Shown here: piece by piece, positions 34,601-49,600 of the stretch
How positions within the stretch are numbered: the first letter of the stretch is position 1
Layout: every line of letters starts with the position of its first letter
Assembly (NCBI RefSeq): GCF_006345805.1
Contig: NW_021832404.1
Coordinates: forward strand, 1-64,000
Direction of reading: 5' to 3'
Length of the DNA stretch: 64,000 bases
DNA from: Octopus sinensis
Taxonomy: Eukaryota
Position numbers and translations under genes: made by a program
Notes under the pieces: generated by a model
What the model saw: the letters and a program-made list of their open reading frames with translations, nothing else
Told to the model about the DNA's origin: nothing
The model's database searches: none

Positions 34601-37600
34601 AGGAAGGGGAGGAAGGAACATTGAACATTGCAGAGAGTGGGATTTGAGATGAAGGGGAGGAAGGGGAGGAATGAATATTGAACATTCGAGAGAGTAGTAT
34701 GTGAAGTAAGGTGGAAGAATGGGAAGAAGGAATATGAACATTACAGAGAGGGGATTTGAAGGTGAAGGGGAGGAAGAGGAGAAGGAATATTGAACATTCA
34801 AGAGAGGGGTAATTTGAATGTGAAGGGGAGGAAGGAATATTGAACATTCCAGAGAGAGGGAGTTGAAGGTGAAGGGGAGAAGGGGAGGAAAGGAATATTG
34901 AACATTCCTAGAGAGGGGGATTTGAAGGTGAAGGGAGGAGGAGGGAGGAAGGAATATTGAACATTCCAGAGAGGTGGATTTGAAGGTGAAGGGGCGGAAG
35001 GGAGAAAGGAATATTGAACATTACAAAGAGGGGGATTCAAGGTGAAGGGGAGGAAGGGTGGATGAATATTGAACATTCCAGAGAGGGGATTTGAAGGTGA
35101 AGGGGAGGAATGGGAGGAAGAATATTGAACATTCCAGAGAGGGGGATTTTAAGGTTTAAAGGGGAGGAATGGAAGAAGGAATAATGAACATTCCAGAGAG
35201 GGATTTTAAGGTTAAGGGGAGGAATGGGAAGAAGGAATATTGAACATTCCAGAGAGGGGTGATTTGAAGGTGAAGGGGAGGAAGTTGAGGAAGAAATATT
35301 AAACATTCCAGAGAGGGGGATTTGAAGGTGAAGGTATGGAATGGGAAGAAGGAATAATGAACATTCCAGAGAGGGGGATATGAAGGTGAAGGAGAGGAAG
35401 GGGAGAAAGGAATACTGAACATTACAAAGATGGGGATTTCAAGGTGAAGGGGAGGAAGAGGAGGATGGAATAATGAAGATTCCAGAGAGGGGGATTTAAT
35501 GGTGAAGGGGAGGAATGGGAAGAAGGAATATTGAACATTCCAGAGAGGGGGATTTGAAAGTAAATCGGAGGAATGGGGAAGAAGGAATATTGAACATTCC
35601 AGAGAGGGGGATTTGAAGGTAAAGGGGAGGAAGGGAAGAAGGAAATATTGAAAATTCCAGCGGGGGGATTTGAAGGTAAATGGGATGAATGGGAGAAGGA
35701 ATATTAACATTCCAGAGAGGGGGATTTGAAGGTGAAGAGAGCATGGGAAGAAGCAATATTGAAGATTCCAGAGATGGGATTTGAAGGTGAAAGGGAGAAA
35801 GGGGAGAAATGAATATTGAACATTTCAGAGAGGAGGATTTTGAAGGTAAAGGGGGAAATGGGAAGAAAGAATATTGAACATTCCAGAGATGGGATTGAAG
35901 GTGAAGTGAGGAAGGAGAGGAAGGGATATCTGACATTCCAAGAGGGGGATTTGAAGGTAAGGGGAGGAAGGGCAGGAAGGAATATTGACATGCCAGAGAG
36001 GGGGATTTGAGTGAAGGGGAGAAGTGGAGAAAGGAATATTGAATATTTGCAGAGAGGGGGATTTGAAGGTAAATGAGGAATGGGAAGAAGGAATACTTAT
36101 CCTTCCAGAAGGGGATTTGAAGGTGAAGGTAGGAATGGGAAAAGGAATATTGAACATTCCAGGATTGGGATTTCAAGGTAAGGGGAGGAATGGGAAGAAG
36201 GAACATTGAACATTCCAGAGAGAGAGATTTCAAGGTAAAGGGGAAGAATGTGAAGAAGGAATATTGAGCATTCCAGAGAGAGGGATTTAAAGGTAAAGGG
36301 GAGGAATTGGAAGAAGGAACATTGAACATTACTGAGAAGGGGTTTTGAAGGTAAAGGCGAGGAATGGGAAGAAGGAATATTGAACATTCCAGGGAGGAGG
36401 ATTTGAAGGTAAATGGGAGGAATGGGAAGAAGGAATATTGAACATTCCAGGGAGAGATTTGAAGGTGAAGGTAAGGAATGGGAATAAGGAATATTGAACA
36501 TTACTGAGAAGGGGATTTGAAGTAAAGGGGAGGAATGGGAAGAAGGAATATTGAACATTCCATACAGTGGGATTTGAAGGTGAAGGGTAGGAATGAAGAA
36601 TGAATATTGAACATTCCATAGAGGGGGATGTGAAGTTGAAGGGGAGGATTGGAAGAAGGAATATTGAACATTCCAGAGAGGGGGATTTGAAGGTAAAGGT
36701 GAGGAAGGAGAGAAGGAATATTGAACATTCCAGAGAGGGGGATTTGAAGGTGAAGGGGAGGAAAAGGAGGAAGGAATATTAACATTCCAGAGGGGGGATT
36801 TGTGAGAAAAAAGAAAGAAGGGAAAAGGGGAGGAAGTAATATTGAAACATTCCAGAGAAGGGATATGAAGGTAAAGGGGAGGAAGGGAGGAAGGAATATT
36901 GAACATTCCAAGTGGGGGATTTGAAGGTGAAGGGGAGGAAGGGGAGGAAGGATACTGAACATTCCAGAGAGGGTGGATTTGAAGGTAAAGGGGAGGAATG
37001 GGAGAAGGAATATTGAACATTCCAGAGAGTGGGATTTGACGGTAAGGGGAGGAATGGGAGAAGGAATATTCAACATTCCAGAGAGGGGGATGTGAAGTTA
37101 AGGGGAGGAATGGGAAGAAGGAATATTGAACATTCCAGAGAGGGGGATTGAAGGTAAAGAGAGCAATGGGAAGAAGCATATTGAAGATTCCAGAGAGGGT
37201 GATTTGAAGGTGAAAGGGAGGAAGGGTGAAAGGAATATTGAACATTTCAGAGAGGGGGATTTGAAGGTAAAGGGGGGAAAATGGGAAGAAGGAATATTGA
37301 ACATTCTAGAGATGGGGATTTGAAAGTGAAGGGAGAGGAAGGGGATGAAGGAATATTGAACATTCAGAGAGGGGGATTTGAAGGTGAAGGGGAGGAAGGA
37401 GAGAAGGATCTGTGAACATTCCAGAGAGGGGGATTTGAAGGTAAAGGGACGAATGGGATGAAGGAATATTGAACATTAAGAGAGGGGGATTTGAAGGTGA
37501 AGGGGAGGAATGGAGGAAGGAATATTGAACATTCCAGAGAGGGGGATTTGAAAGTGAAAGGGAGGAAGTGCAGAAAGGAATACTGAACATTGCAGAGAGG

Positions 37601-40600
37601 GGGATTTTAAGGTAAATGGAGGAATGGGAAGAAGGAATATTTACCTTCCAGAGAGGGGGATTTGAAGGTGAAGGTAAGGAATGGGAAGAAGAATATTGAA
37701 CATTCCATAGAGAGAGATTTCAAGGTAAAGGGAGGAATGGGAAGAAGGAATATTGAACATTCCAGAGAGGGGGATTTAAGGTAAGGGGAGGAATGGGAAG
37801 AAGGAACATTGAACATTACAGAGAGGGGATTTGAAGGTAAGGGGAGGAAGGGAAGAAGGAATATTGAACATTCCAGGAGGAGGATTTGAAGGTGAAGGTA
37901 AGGAATTGGAAGAAGGAATATTGAACATTACAGAGAAGGGGATTTTGAAGGTAAAGGGAGGAATGGGAAGAGGAATATTGAACATTCCAGAGAGGGGATT
38001 TGAAGGTAAGGTGAGGAATTGGGAATGTGGGAATATTGAACATTCCAGAGAGGGGATTTGAGGGTGAAGGGAAGAAGAGGTGAGGAAGGGAATATGAACA
38101 TTTCAGAGGGGGGTTTGAAGATGAAGGGGAGGAAGTGGAGAAGGAATATTGAACATTCAAGAGAGGGGATTTGAAGGTGAAGTGGGAGGAAGGAGGAAGG
38201 AATATTGAACATTCCAGAGAGGGGGATTTGAAGGTGAGGGGAGGAAGGGGAGGAAGGATATTGAACATTCCAGAGAGGGGAGTTGAAGTTGAAGGTGAGA
38301 AGGGGAGGAAGGGGACAAAGGATACTGAACATTCCAGAGAGGGGATTTGAAGGTGAAGGGGAGGAAGGGAGGAAGGATATTTGAACATTCCAGAGAGGGG
38401 GATTTGAAGGTGAGGGAGAGGAATTGTAGGAAGGAATACTGAACATTCCAGAGAAGGGAATTTGAAGGTGAAGGGGAGGAATGGGGAGGAAGGAATATTG
38501 AACATTCCAGAGAGGATGATTTTAAGGTAAGGGGAGGAATGGGAAGAAGGAATATTGAACATTCAGAGAGGGGATTTGAAGGTGAAGGGGAGGAATGGGA
38601 TAAGGAATATTGAACATTCCGAGAGGGGGAATTTAAGGTGAAGGGGAGGAATCTGAAAAAGGAATATTGAACATTCCAGAGAGGGGAATTTAAAGGTAAG
38701 GTAAGGAATGGGAAGAAGGAATATTGAACATTCCAGAGAGGGGGATTTTAAGGTAAGGTAAGAAATGGAGGAAGGTAAGGAATGGTGAAGGTAAGGAATG
38801 GTGAAGGTGAAGGTAAGGAATATTGAACATTCCAGAGAAGGATTTGAGGTGAAGGGAGGAATGTGAAGAAGGAAATATTGACATTCCAGAGAGGGGGATT
38901 TGAAGATGAAGGGGAGGAGGGGAGGAAGGAATATTGAACATTCCACTGGGGATTTTGAACGTGAAGGGAGAATGGAGAAAGGAATATTGAACATTCCAGA
39001 GACGGAGATTTCAAGGTAAGGGATGAGTGGGAAGAAGGAATATTGAAACATTCCAGAGAGGGGGATTTTGAAGGTGAAAAGGATGAGGGAGGAAGGAATA
39101 TTGAACATTCCAGAGAGGGAGATTTGAAGGTGAAGGGGAGGAAGGGGAGGAAGGAATATTGAACATTCCAGAGAGTGGTATTTGAAAGTGAAGGGGAGGA
39201 AGGGGAGGAAGGAATATTGAACATACCAGAGAGGGGGATATGAAGGTGAAGGGGGAGGAGGGTGAAGGAATATTGAACATTCCAGAGAGTGGTATTTGAA
39301 AGTGAAGGGGAGGAAGGGGAGAAAGGAATACTGAACATTCCATAGAGGGGGATTTGAAGGTAAAGGGGAGGAATGGGATGGAGGAATATTGAACATTCCA
39401 GAGATGGAGATTAAAGGTAAAGGGGTGGAATGGGTAGAAGGAGTATTGAACATTCCAGAGAGAGGGATTTGAAGGTAATGGGGAGGAATGGGAAGAAGGA
39501 ATATTGATCATTCCAGGGAGGAGGATTTGAAGGTGAAGAGAAGGAATGGGAAGAAGGAATATTGAACATTACAGAGAAGGGGATTTGAAGGTAAAGGGGA
39601 GGAAGAGAAAGAAGGAATATTCAACATTCCACAGAGGGGGATTTGAAGGTAAACGGGAGGAATGGGAACAAGAAGTATTGAACATATGTGGGAGGGGGAT
39701 TTTAAGGTAAAGGGGAGGAGTGGGAAGAAGGAATATTGAAAATTCCAGAGAAGGGGATTTAAAGGTAAAAGGGTGCAATGGGAAGAAGGAATATTGAACA
39801 TTCCAGAGAAAGGGAATTGAAGGTAAAGGGGAAGAATGGGAAGAAGGAATATTGAACATTACAGGGAGGAGGATTTGAAGGTGAAGGGAAGGAATGGGAA
39901 GAAGGAATATTGAACATTACAGAGAAGGGGATTTGATGGTAAAGGGGAGGAATGGGAAGAAGGAATATTCAACATTCCACAGAGGGAGACTTGAAGGTAA
40001 ATGGGAGGAATGGGAAGAAGGAATATTTAACCTTTCAAAGAGGTGGATTTGAAGGTGAAGGTAAGGAATGGGAAGAAGGAATATTGAACATTCCAGAGAG
40101 GGGGATTTGAAGGTAAAGGGGAGGAATGGGATGAAGTAATATTGAACATTCCAGAGAGGGTGATTTGAAGGTAAAGAGGAGGAATGGGAAGAAGGAATAT
40201 TGAACATTCCAGAGAGGGTGATTTGAAGGCAAAGGGGAGGAATGGGAAGAAGGAATATTGAACATTCCATGGAGGAGGATGTGAAGGTGAAGGTAAGGAA
40301 TGGGAGGAAGGAATATTGAACATTACAGAGAAGGGGATTTGAAGGTAAATGGGAGGAATGGGAATAAAGAATATTCAACATTCCACAGAAGGGGATTTGA
40401 AGGTAAGGGGAGGAAGGGGAAGAAGGAATATTGAACATTCCATAGAGATGTATTTGAAGGTAAAGGGGAGGAATGGGAAGAAGGAATATTGAACAATCCA
40501 GAGAGGGATATTTGAAGGTAAAGGGGAGGAGGGGAAGAAGGAATATTGAACATTCCAGAGAGGGGGATTTGAAGGTAAATGGGAGGAATGGGAAGAAGGA

Positions 40601-43600
40601 ATATTAAACATTCCAGAGAGGGGGATTTGAAGGTGAAGGCTAGGAAGGGGAGGAAGGAACATTGAACATTGCAGAGAGTGGGATTTGAAGATGAAGGGGA
40701 GGAAGGGGAGGAATGAATATTGAACATTCGAGAGAGTATTATGTGAAGGTAAAGGGAAGAATGGGAAGAAGGAATATTGAACATTACAGAGAGAGGGGGA
40801 TTTGAAGGTGAAGGGGAGGAGGGAGAAAGGAATATATGAACATTCAGAGAGGGGTTTGAAGGTGAAGGGGAGGAAGGAATATTGAACATTCCAGAGAGAG
40901 GGAGTTGAAGGTGAAGGGGAGGAATGGGAGGAAGCAATATTGAACATTCTAGAGAGGGGGATTTGAAGGTGAAGGGGAGGAAGGGGAGGAAGGAATATTG
41001 AACATTCCAGAGGAGGTGGATTTGAAGGTGAAGGGCGGAAGGGGAGAAAGGAATATTGAACATTACAAAGATGGGGATTTCAAGGTGAAGGGGAGGAAGG
41101 GATGGATGGAATATTGAACATTCCAGAGAGGGGGATTTGAAGGTGAAGGGGAGGAATGGCAGGAAGGAATATTGAACATTCCAGAGAGGGGGATTTTAAG
41201 GTTAAGGGGAGGAATGGGAAGAAGGAATAATGAACATTCCAGAGAGAGGGATTTTAAGGTTAAGGGGAGGAATGGGAAGAAGGAATATTGAACATTCCAG
41301 AGGGGGGGATTTGAAGGTGAAGGGGAGGAAGTTGAGGAAGAAATATTAAACATTCCAGAGAGGGGGATTTGAAGGTGAAGGTATGGAATGGGAAGAAGGA
41401 ATAATGAACATTCCAGAGAGGGGATATGAAGGTGAAGGAGAGGAAGGGAGAAGGAATACTGAACATTACAAAGATGGGGATTTCAAGGTGAAGGGAGAAG
41501 AGGAGGATGGAATAATTGAAGATTCCAGAGAGGGGGATTTAATGGTGAAGGGAGGAATGGAGAAGGAATATTGAACATTCCAGAGAGGGGGATTTGAAAG
41601 TAAATCGGAGGAGGAAAAGGAATATTGAACATTCAGAGAGGGGATTTGAAGGTAAAGGGGAGGAATGGGAAGAAGGAATATTGAAAATTCCAGCGAGGGG
41701 ATGTGAAGGTAATGGGATGAATGGGAAGAAGGAATATTTAACATTCCAGAGAGGGGGATTTGAAGGTGAAAGAGAGCAATGGGAAGAAGCAATATTGAAG
41801 ATTCCAGAGATGGGGATTTGAAGGTGAAAGGGAGAAAGGGGAGAAATGAATATTGAACATTTCAGAGAGGGGGATTTGAAGGTAAAGGGGAGAAATGGGA
41901 AGAAGGAATATTGAACATTCCAGAGATGGGATTGAAGGTGAAGGTGAGGAAGGAGAGGAAGGGATACTGAACATTCCACAGAGGGGGATTTGAAGGTGAA
42001 GGGGAGGAAGGGCAGGAAGGAATATTGAACATGCCAGAGAGGGGGATTTGAAGGTGAAGGGGAGGAAGTGGAGAAAGGAATACTGAATATTGCAGAGAGG
42101 GGGATTTGAAGGTAAATGGAGGAATGGGAAGAAGGAATACTTATCCTTCCAGAGAGGGGGATTTGAAGGTGAAGGTAAGGAATGGGAAAAAGGAATATTG
42201 AACATTACAGGGAGTGGGATTTCAAGGTAAAGGGAGGAATGGGAAGAAGGAACATTGAACATTCCAGAGAGAGAGATTTCAAGGTAAAGGGGAGAATGTG
42301 AAGAAGGAATATTGAACATTCCATAGAGAGGGATTTAAAGGTAAAGGGGAGGAATTGGAAAAGGAACATTGAACATTACTGAGAGGGGGTTTTGAAGGTA
42401 AAGGCGAGGAATGGAAGAAGGAATATTGAACATTCCAGGAGGAGGATTTGAAGGTAAATGGGAGGAATGGGAAGAAGGAATATTGAACATTCCAGGGAGG
42501 AGGATTTGAAGGTGAAGGTAAGGAATGGGAAGAAGGAATATTGAACATTACTGAGAAGGGGATTTGAAGGTAAAGGGGAGGAATGGGAAGAAGGAATATT
42601 GAACATTCCATACAGTGGGATTTGAAGGTGAAGGGGAGGAATATGAAGAATGAATATTGAACATTCCATAGAGGGGGATGTGAAGTTGAAGGGGAGGATT
42701 GTGACGAAGGAATATTGAACATTCCAGAGAGGGGGATTTGAAGGTAAAGGTGAGGAAGGAGAGGAAGGAATATTGAACATTCCAGAGAGGGGGATTTGAA
42801 GGTGAAGGGGAGGAAAAGGAGGAAGGAATATTAAACATTCCAGAGAGGGGGATTTGAAGATGAAGGGGAGGAAGGGGAGGAAGTAATATTGAACATTCCA
42901 GAGGAAGGGATATGAAGGTAAAGGGGAGGAAGGGGAGGAAGGAATATTGAACATTCCAGAGTGGGGGATTTGAATGTGAAGGGGAGGAAGGGGAGAAAGG
43001 AATACTGAACATTCCAGAGAGGGGGATTTGAAGGTAAAGGGGAGGAATGGGAAGAAGGAATATTGAACATTCCAGAGAGTGTGATTTGACGGTAAAGGGG
43101 AGGAATGGGAAGAAGGAATATTCAACATTCCACAGAGGGGGATGTGAAGTTAAAGGGGAGGAATGGGAAGAAGGAATATTGAACATTCCAGAGAGGGGGA
43201 TTTGAAGGTAAAAGAGAGCAATGGGAAGAAGCAATATTGAAGATTCCAGAGAGGGTGATTTGAAGGTGAAAGGGAGGAAGGGGTGAAAGGAATATTGAAC
43301 ATTTCAGAGAGGGGGATTTGAAGGTAAAGGGGAGAAATGGGAAGAAGGAATATTGAACATTCTAGAGATGGGGATTTGAAAGTGAAGGAGAGGAAGGGGA
43401 TGAAGGAATATTGAACATTCCAGAGAGGGGGATTTGAAGGTGAAGGGGAGGAAGGAGAGAAAGGGATACTGAACATTCCAGAGAGGGGGATTTGAAGGTA
43501 AAAGGGACGAAGGGGATGAAGGAATATTGAACATTACAGAGAGGGGGATTTGAAGGTGAAGGGGAGGAAGGGGAGGAAGGAATATTGAACATTCCAGAGA

Positions 43601-46600
43601 GGGGGATTTGAAAGTGAAAGGGAGGAAGTGCAGAAAGGAATACTGAACATTGCAGAGAGGGGGATTTGAAGGTAAATGGAGGAATGGGAAGAAGGAATAT
43701 TTATCCTTCCAGAGAGGGGGATTTGAAGGTGAAGGTAAGGAATGGGAAGAAGGAATATTGAACATTCCAGAGAGAGAGATTTCAAGGTAAAGGGGAGGAA
43801 TGGGAAGAAGGAATATTGAACATTCCAGAGAGGGGGATTTAAAGGTAAAGGGGAGGAATGGGAAGAAGGAACATTGAACATTACAGAGAAGGGGATTTGA
43901 AGGTAAAGGGGAGGAATGGGAAGAAGGAATATTGAACATTCCAGGGAGGAGGATTTGAAGGTGAAGGTAAGGAATTGGAAGAAGGAATATTGAACATTAC
44001 AGAGAAGGGGATTTGAAGGTAAAGGGGAGGAATGGGAAGAAGGAATATTGAACATTCCAGAGAGGGCGATTTGAAGGTAAAGGTGAGGAATTGGAAATGG
44101 GAATATTGAACATTCCAGAGAGGGGGATTTGAGGGTGAAGTGGAAGAAGAGGAGGAAGGAATATTGAACATTTCAGAGAGGGGGGTTTGAAGATGAAGGG
44201 GAGGAAGTGGAGGAAGGAATATTGAACATTCAAGAGAGGGGTATTTGAAGGTGAAGTGGAAGAAAAGGAGGAAGGAATATTGAACATTCCAGAGAGGGGG
44301 ATTTGAAGATGAAGGGGAGGAAGGGGAGGAAGGAATATTGAACATTCCAGAGAGGGGGAGTTGAAGTTGAAGGGGAGGAAGGGGAGGAAGGGGACAAAGG
44401 AATACTGAACATTCCAGAGAGGGGGATTTGAAGATGAAGGGGAGGAAGGGGAGGAAGGAATATTGAACATTCCAGAGAGGGGGATTTGAAGATGAAGGAG
44501 AGGAAGTGTAGGAAGGAATACTGAACATTCCAGAGAAGGGAATTTGAAGGTGAAGGGGAGGAAGGGGAGGAAGGAATATTGAACATTCCAGAGAGGATGA
44601 TTTTAAGGTGAAGGGGAGGAATGGGAAGAAGGAATATTGAACATTCCAGAGAGGGGGATTTGAAGGTGAAGGGGAGGAATGGGATGAAGGAATATTGAAC
44701 ATTCCAGAGAGGGGGAATTTAAGGTGAAGGGGAGGAATCTGAAAAAGGAATATTGAACATTCCAGAGAGGGGAATTTAAAGGTAAAGGTAAGGAATGGGA
44801 AGAAGGAATATTGAACATTCCAGAGAGGGGGATTTTAAGGTAAGGTAAGAAATGGAGGAAGGTAAGGAATGGTGAAGGTAAGGAATGGTGAAGGTGAAGG
44901 TAAGGAATATTGAACATTCCAGAGAAAGGGATTTGGAGGTGAAGGGGAGGAATGTGAAGAAGGAATATTGAACATTCCAGAGAGGGGGATTTGAAAGTAA
45001 AGGGGCGGAAAGGGAAGAAGGAATATTGAACATTCCAGAGAGGGGGATTAGAAGGTGAAAGAGAGCAATGGGAAGAAGCAATATTGAACATTCCAGAGAG
45101 AGGGATTAGAAGGTTAAAGGGAGGAAGGGGAAGGAAGGAGAAAGAATATTGAACATTCCAGAGAGGACGATTTGAATGTAAAGGGGGGGAATGGGAAAAG
45201 GAATATTAAACATTCCAGAGAGGGGGATTTGAAGTTAAAGGGAGGAATGGAAGAAGGAATATTGAACATTCCAGAGAGGGGGATTTGAAGGTGAAGGGGA
45301 GGAAGAGGAGGAAGAATATTGAACATTGCTGAGAGAAGGTATTTGAAGGTGAAGGGAGGAAGTGGAGGAAGAGATACTGAACATTCCAGAGAGGGGGATT
45401 TGAAGGTGAAATGGAGGTAGGGGAGGAATGAATATTGAACATTCCATAGAGTGGAATTTGAAGGTGAAGGGGATGAAGGGGAGGAAGGAATATTGAACTT
45501 TCCAGAGAAGGGGAATTTAAGGTAAAGGGAGGAATGGGAAGAAGGAATATTTAACATTCCAGAGATTGTGGATTTGAAGGTGAAGGGGGAAGAAATATTG
45601 AACATTCCAGAGAGGGGCATTTGAAGGTGAAGGGGAGGAAGGGGAGGAAGGAATGTTGAACATTCCAGAGAGGGGGATTTGAAGTTGAAGGGGAGGAATA
45701 AGAAGAAGGAATATTGAACATTCCAGAGAGGGGGATTTGAAGGTAAAGGGGAGGAATGGGAAGAAGGAATATTGAACATTCCAGAGAGGGGTGATTTGAA
45801 AGCGAAGGGGAGGAAGGTGGGAAGGAATATTCAACATTCCAGTGAGTGGGGGATTTGAAGGTGAAGGGGGGAAGGAATATTGACCATTCCAGAGAGGGGG
45901 ATTTGAAGGTGAATGGGAGGAAGGGGGGAAGGAATATTAACATTCCAGAGAGGGGGATTTGAAGGTGGAGGGGAAGAATGGAGAAGGAATACTGAACATT
46001 CCAGAGAGGGGGATTTGAAGGTAAAGGGGAGGAATGGGGAGGAGGAATATTTAACCTTCCAGAGAGTGGGATTTGAAGGTGAAGGTAAGGAATGGGAAAA
46101 AGGAATATTGAACATTCCAGGTAGAAGGATTTGAAGGTAAAGGGGAGGAATGGGAAGAAGGAATATTGATTATTCCAGAGATCGGGATAGAAAGGTAAAG
46201 GGGAGGAATGGGTTAAAGGAATATTGAACATTCCAGAGAGGGGGATTTGAAGGTGAATTGGATGAATGGGAAGAAGGAATATTGAACATTCCAGAGAGGG
46301 GGATTTGAAGGTGATGGGGAGGAAAAGGAGGAAGGAATATTGAACATTTCAGAGAGGGGGATTTGAAGGTGAATTGGAGGTAGGGGAGGAAGGAATATTG
46401 AACATTCCAGAGTGGATTTGAAGGTGACGGGGAGGAAGGAATATTGAACATTCCAGAGAGGGGCATTTGAAGGTGAAGGGTGGAAAGGGAGGAAGGGATA
46501 TTGAACATTCCAGAGAGGGGGATTTGAAGGTAAAGGGGAGGAATGGGAAAAAGAATCTTGAACATACCAGAGGGGGGGATTTAAAGGTGAAGGGGAGGAA

Positions 46601-49600
46601 GGGTAGGGAGGAATATTGAACATTCCAGAGATTGGGATTTGAAGGTGAATGGGAGGAAGGGGAGGGAGGAATATTGAACATTCCAGAGAGGGGGTTTACG
46701 GTGAAGGGAGGAAGGGGCGGGGGAATTTGAACATTCCAGAGAGGGGATTTGAAGGTGAAGGGGGAAGGAATATAAACATTCCAGAGAGGGGGATTTGAAG
46801 GTGAAGGAGAGGAAGGCGAGAAGGAATATTGAAAATTCCAGAGGGGGGATTTGAAGTTGAAGGGAGGAATGGGATGAAGGAATATTCAACATTCCAGAGA
46901 GGGGATTTGTAGCTAATGGGGAGGAATGGGTAGAAGGAATATTGAACATTCCAGAGGGGGGGGATTTTAAGGTGAAGGGGAGGAATGGGAAGAAGGAATA
47001 TTGAACATTCCAGAGAGGGGGATTTGAAGGTAAAGGGGAGGAATGGGATGAAGGAATATTGAACATTCCAGAGAGGGGGATTTTATGGTGAAGGGGAGGA
47101 ATGGGAAGAAGGAATATTGAACATTCCAGAGAGAGGGATTTGAAGGTAAAGGTAAGGAATGGGAAGAAGGAATATTGAACATTCCAGAGAGGGGGATTTG
47201 AAGGTGAGGGTAAGGAATGGTGAAGTTAGACATGGTGAAGGGTAAGGAATGGTGAAGGTGAAGGTAAAGGAATGTGGAACATTCCAAGAGAGGGATTTGG
47301 AGGTGAAGGGGAGTATGGGAAGAAGGAATATTGAACATTCCAGAGAGGTGGATTTGAAGGTAAAGGGCGGAATGGGAAGAAGGAATATTGAACATTCCAG
47401 AGAGGGGGATTTGAAGGTGAAAGAGAGCAATGGAAGAAGCAATATTGAACATTCCAGAGAGGGGGATTAGAAGGTTAAGTGAGGAAGGGGAGAAGGAATA
47501 TTGAACATTCCAGAGAGGAGGATTTGAAGGTAAAGGGGAGGAATGGGAAGAAGCAATATTGAACATTCCTGAGAGGGGGATTTGAAGGTAATGGGGAGGA
47601 ATGGGAAGAAGCAATATTGAACATTCCAGAGAGGGGGATTTGAAGGTGAAGGGGAGGAAGGGGAAGAAGGAATATTGAACATTCCAGAGAGTGGGATTTA
47701 AAGGTAAGGTGGAGGAATGGGAAGAAGGAATATTGAAAATTCCAGAGGGGGGGATTTGAAGGTGAAGGTGGGGAATGGAAGAAGGAATATTGAACATTCC
47801 ATAGAGGGGATTTGAAGGTGAAAGGAGGAATGGGAAGAAGGAATAATATTGAACATTCCAAAGAGTGGGATTTGAAGTTGAATGGGTGGAATGGGAAGAA
47901 GGAATATTGAACATTCCAGAGAGGGAGATTTGAAGGTGAAGGTAAGGAATGGTGAATGTAAGGAATGGTGAAGGTGAAGGTAAGGAATATTGAACATTCC
48001 AGAGAGAGGGATTTGGAGGTGAAGGGGAGGTATGGGAAGAAGGAATATTGAACATTCCAGAGAGGGGGATTTGAAGGTAAAGGGGCGGAATGGGAAGAAG
48101 GAATATTGAACATTCCAGAGAGGGGGATTTGAAGGTGAAAGAGAGCAATGGGAAGAAGTAATATTGAACATTCCAGAGAGGGGGATTAGAAGGTTAAAGG
48201 GAGGAAGGGGAGGAAGGAATATTGAACATTCCAGAGAGGAGGATTTGAAGGTAAAGGGGAGGAATGGGATGAAGGAATATTGAACATTCCTGAGAGGGGG
48301 ATTTGAAGGTGAAAGAGAGCAATGGGAAGAAGCAATATTGAAGATTCCAGAGATGGGGATTTGAAGGTGAAAGGGAGAAAGGGGAGAAATGAATATTGAA
48401 CATTCCAGAGAGGGGGATTTGAAGGTAAGGGGAGAATGGAATAAGGAATATTGAACATTCCAGAGATGGGATTTGAAGGTGAAGGTGAGGAAGGAGAGGA
48501 AGGGATACTGAACATTCCACAGAGGGGGATTTGAAGGTGAAGGGGAGGAAGGGCAGGAAGGAATATTGAACATGACAGAGAGGGGGATTTGAAGGTGAAG
48601 GGGAGGAAGTGGAGAAAGGAATACTGAACATTGCAGAGAGGGGGATTTGAAGGTAAATGGAGGAATGGGAAGAAGGAATATTTATCCTTCCAGAGAGGGG
48701 GATTTGAAGGTGAAGGTAAGGAATGGGAAAAAGGAATATTGAACATTACAGGGAGTGGGATTTCAAGGTAAAGGGGAGGAATGGGAAGAAGGAACATTGA
48801 ACATTCCAGAGAGAGAGATTTCAAGGTAAAGGGGAAGAATGTGAAGAAGGAATATTGAGCATTCCAGAGAGAGGGATTTAAAGGTAAAGGGAGGAATTGG
48901 AAGAGGAAGAAGAACATTGTGAACATTACAGAGAAGGGGTTGAAGGTAAAAGCGAGGAATGGGAAGAAGGAATATTGAACATTCCAGGGAGGAGGATTTG
49001 AAGGTAAATGGGAGGAATGGGAAGAAGGAATATTGAACATTCCAGGGAGGAGGATTTGAAGGTGAAGGTAAGGAATGGGAAGAAGGAATATTGAACATTA
49101 CTGAGAAGGGGATTTGAAGGTAAAGGGGAGGAATGGGAAGAAGGAATATTGAACATTCCATACAGTGGGATTTGAAGGTGAAGGGGAGGAATAGGAAGAA
49201 TGATTATTGAACATTCCATAGAGGGGGATGTGAAGTTGAAGGGAGGAATGTGACGAAGGAATATTGAACATTCCAGAGAGGGGGATTTGAAGTAAAGGGG
49301 AGGAAGGAGAGGACGGAATATTGAACATTCCAGAGAGGGGGATTTGAAGGTGAAGGGGAGGAAAGGAGAAAAGGAATATTGAACATTCCAGAGAGGGGGA
49401 TTTGAAGATGAAGGGGAGGAAGGGAGGAAGTAATATTGAACATTCCAGAGAAGGGATATGAAGGTAAAGGGAGGAAGGGGGAGGAAGGAATATTGAACAT
49501 TCCAGAGTGGGGGATTTGAATGTGAAGGGGAGGAAGGGAGAAAGGAATACTGAACATTCCAGAGAGGGGGATTTGAAGGTGAAGGGAGGAAGTGGAGAAA

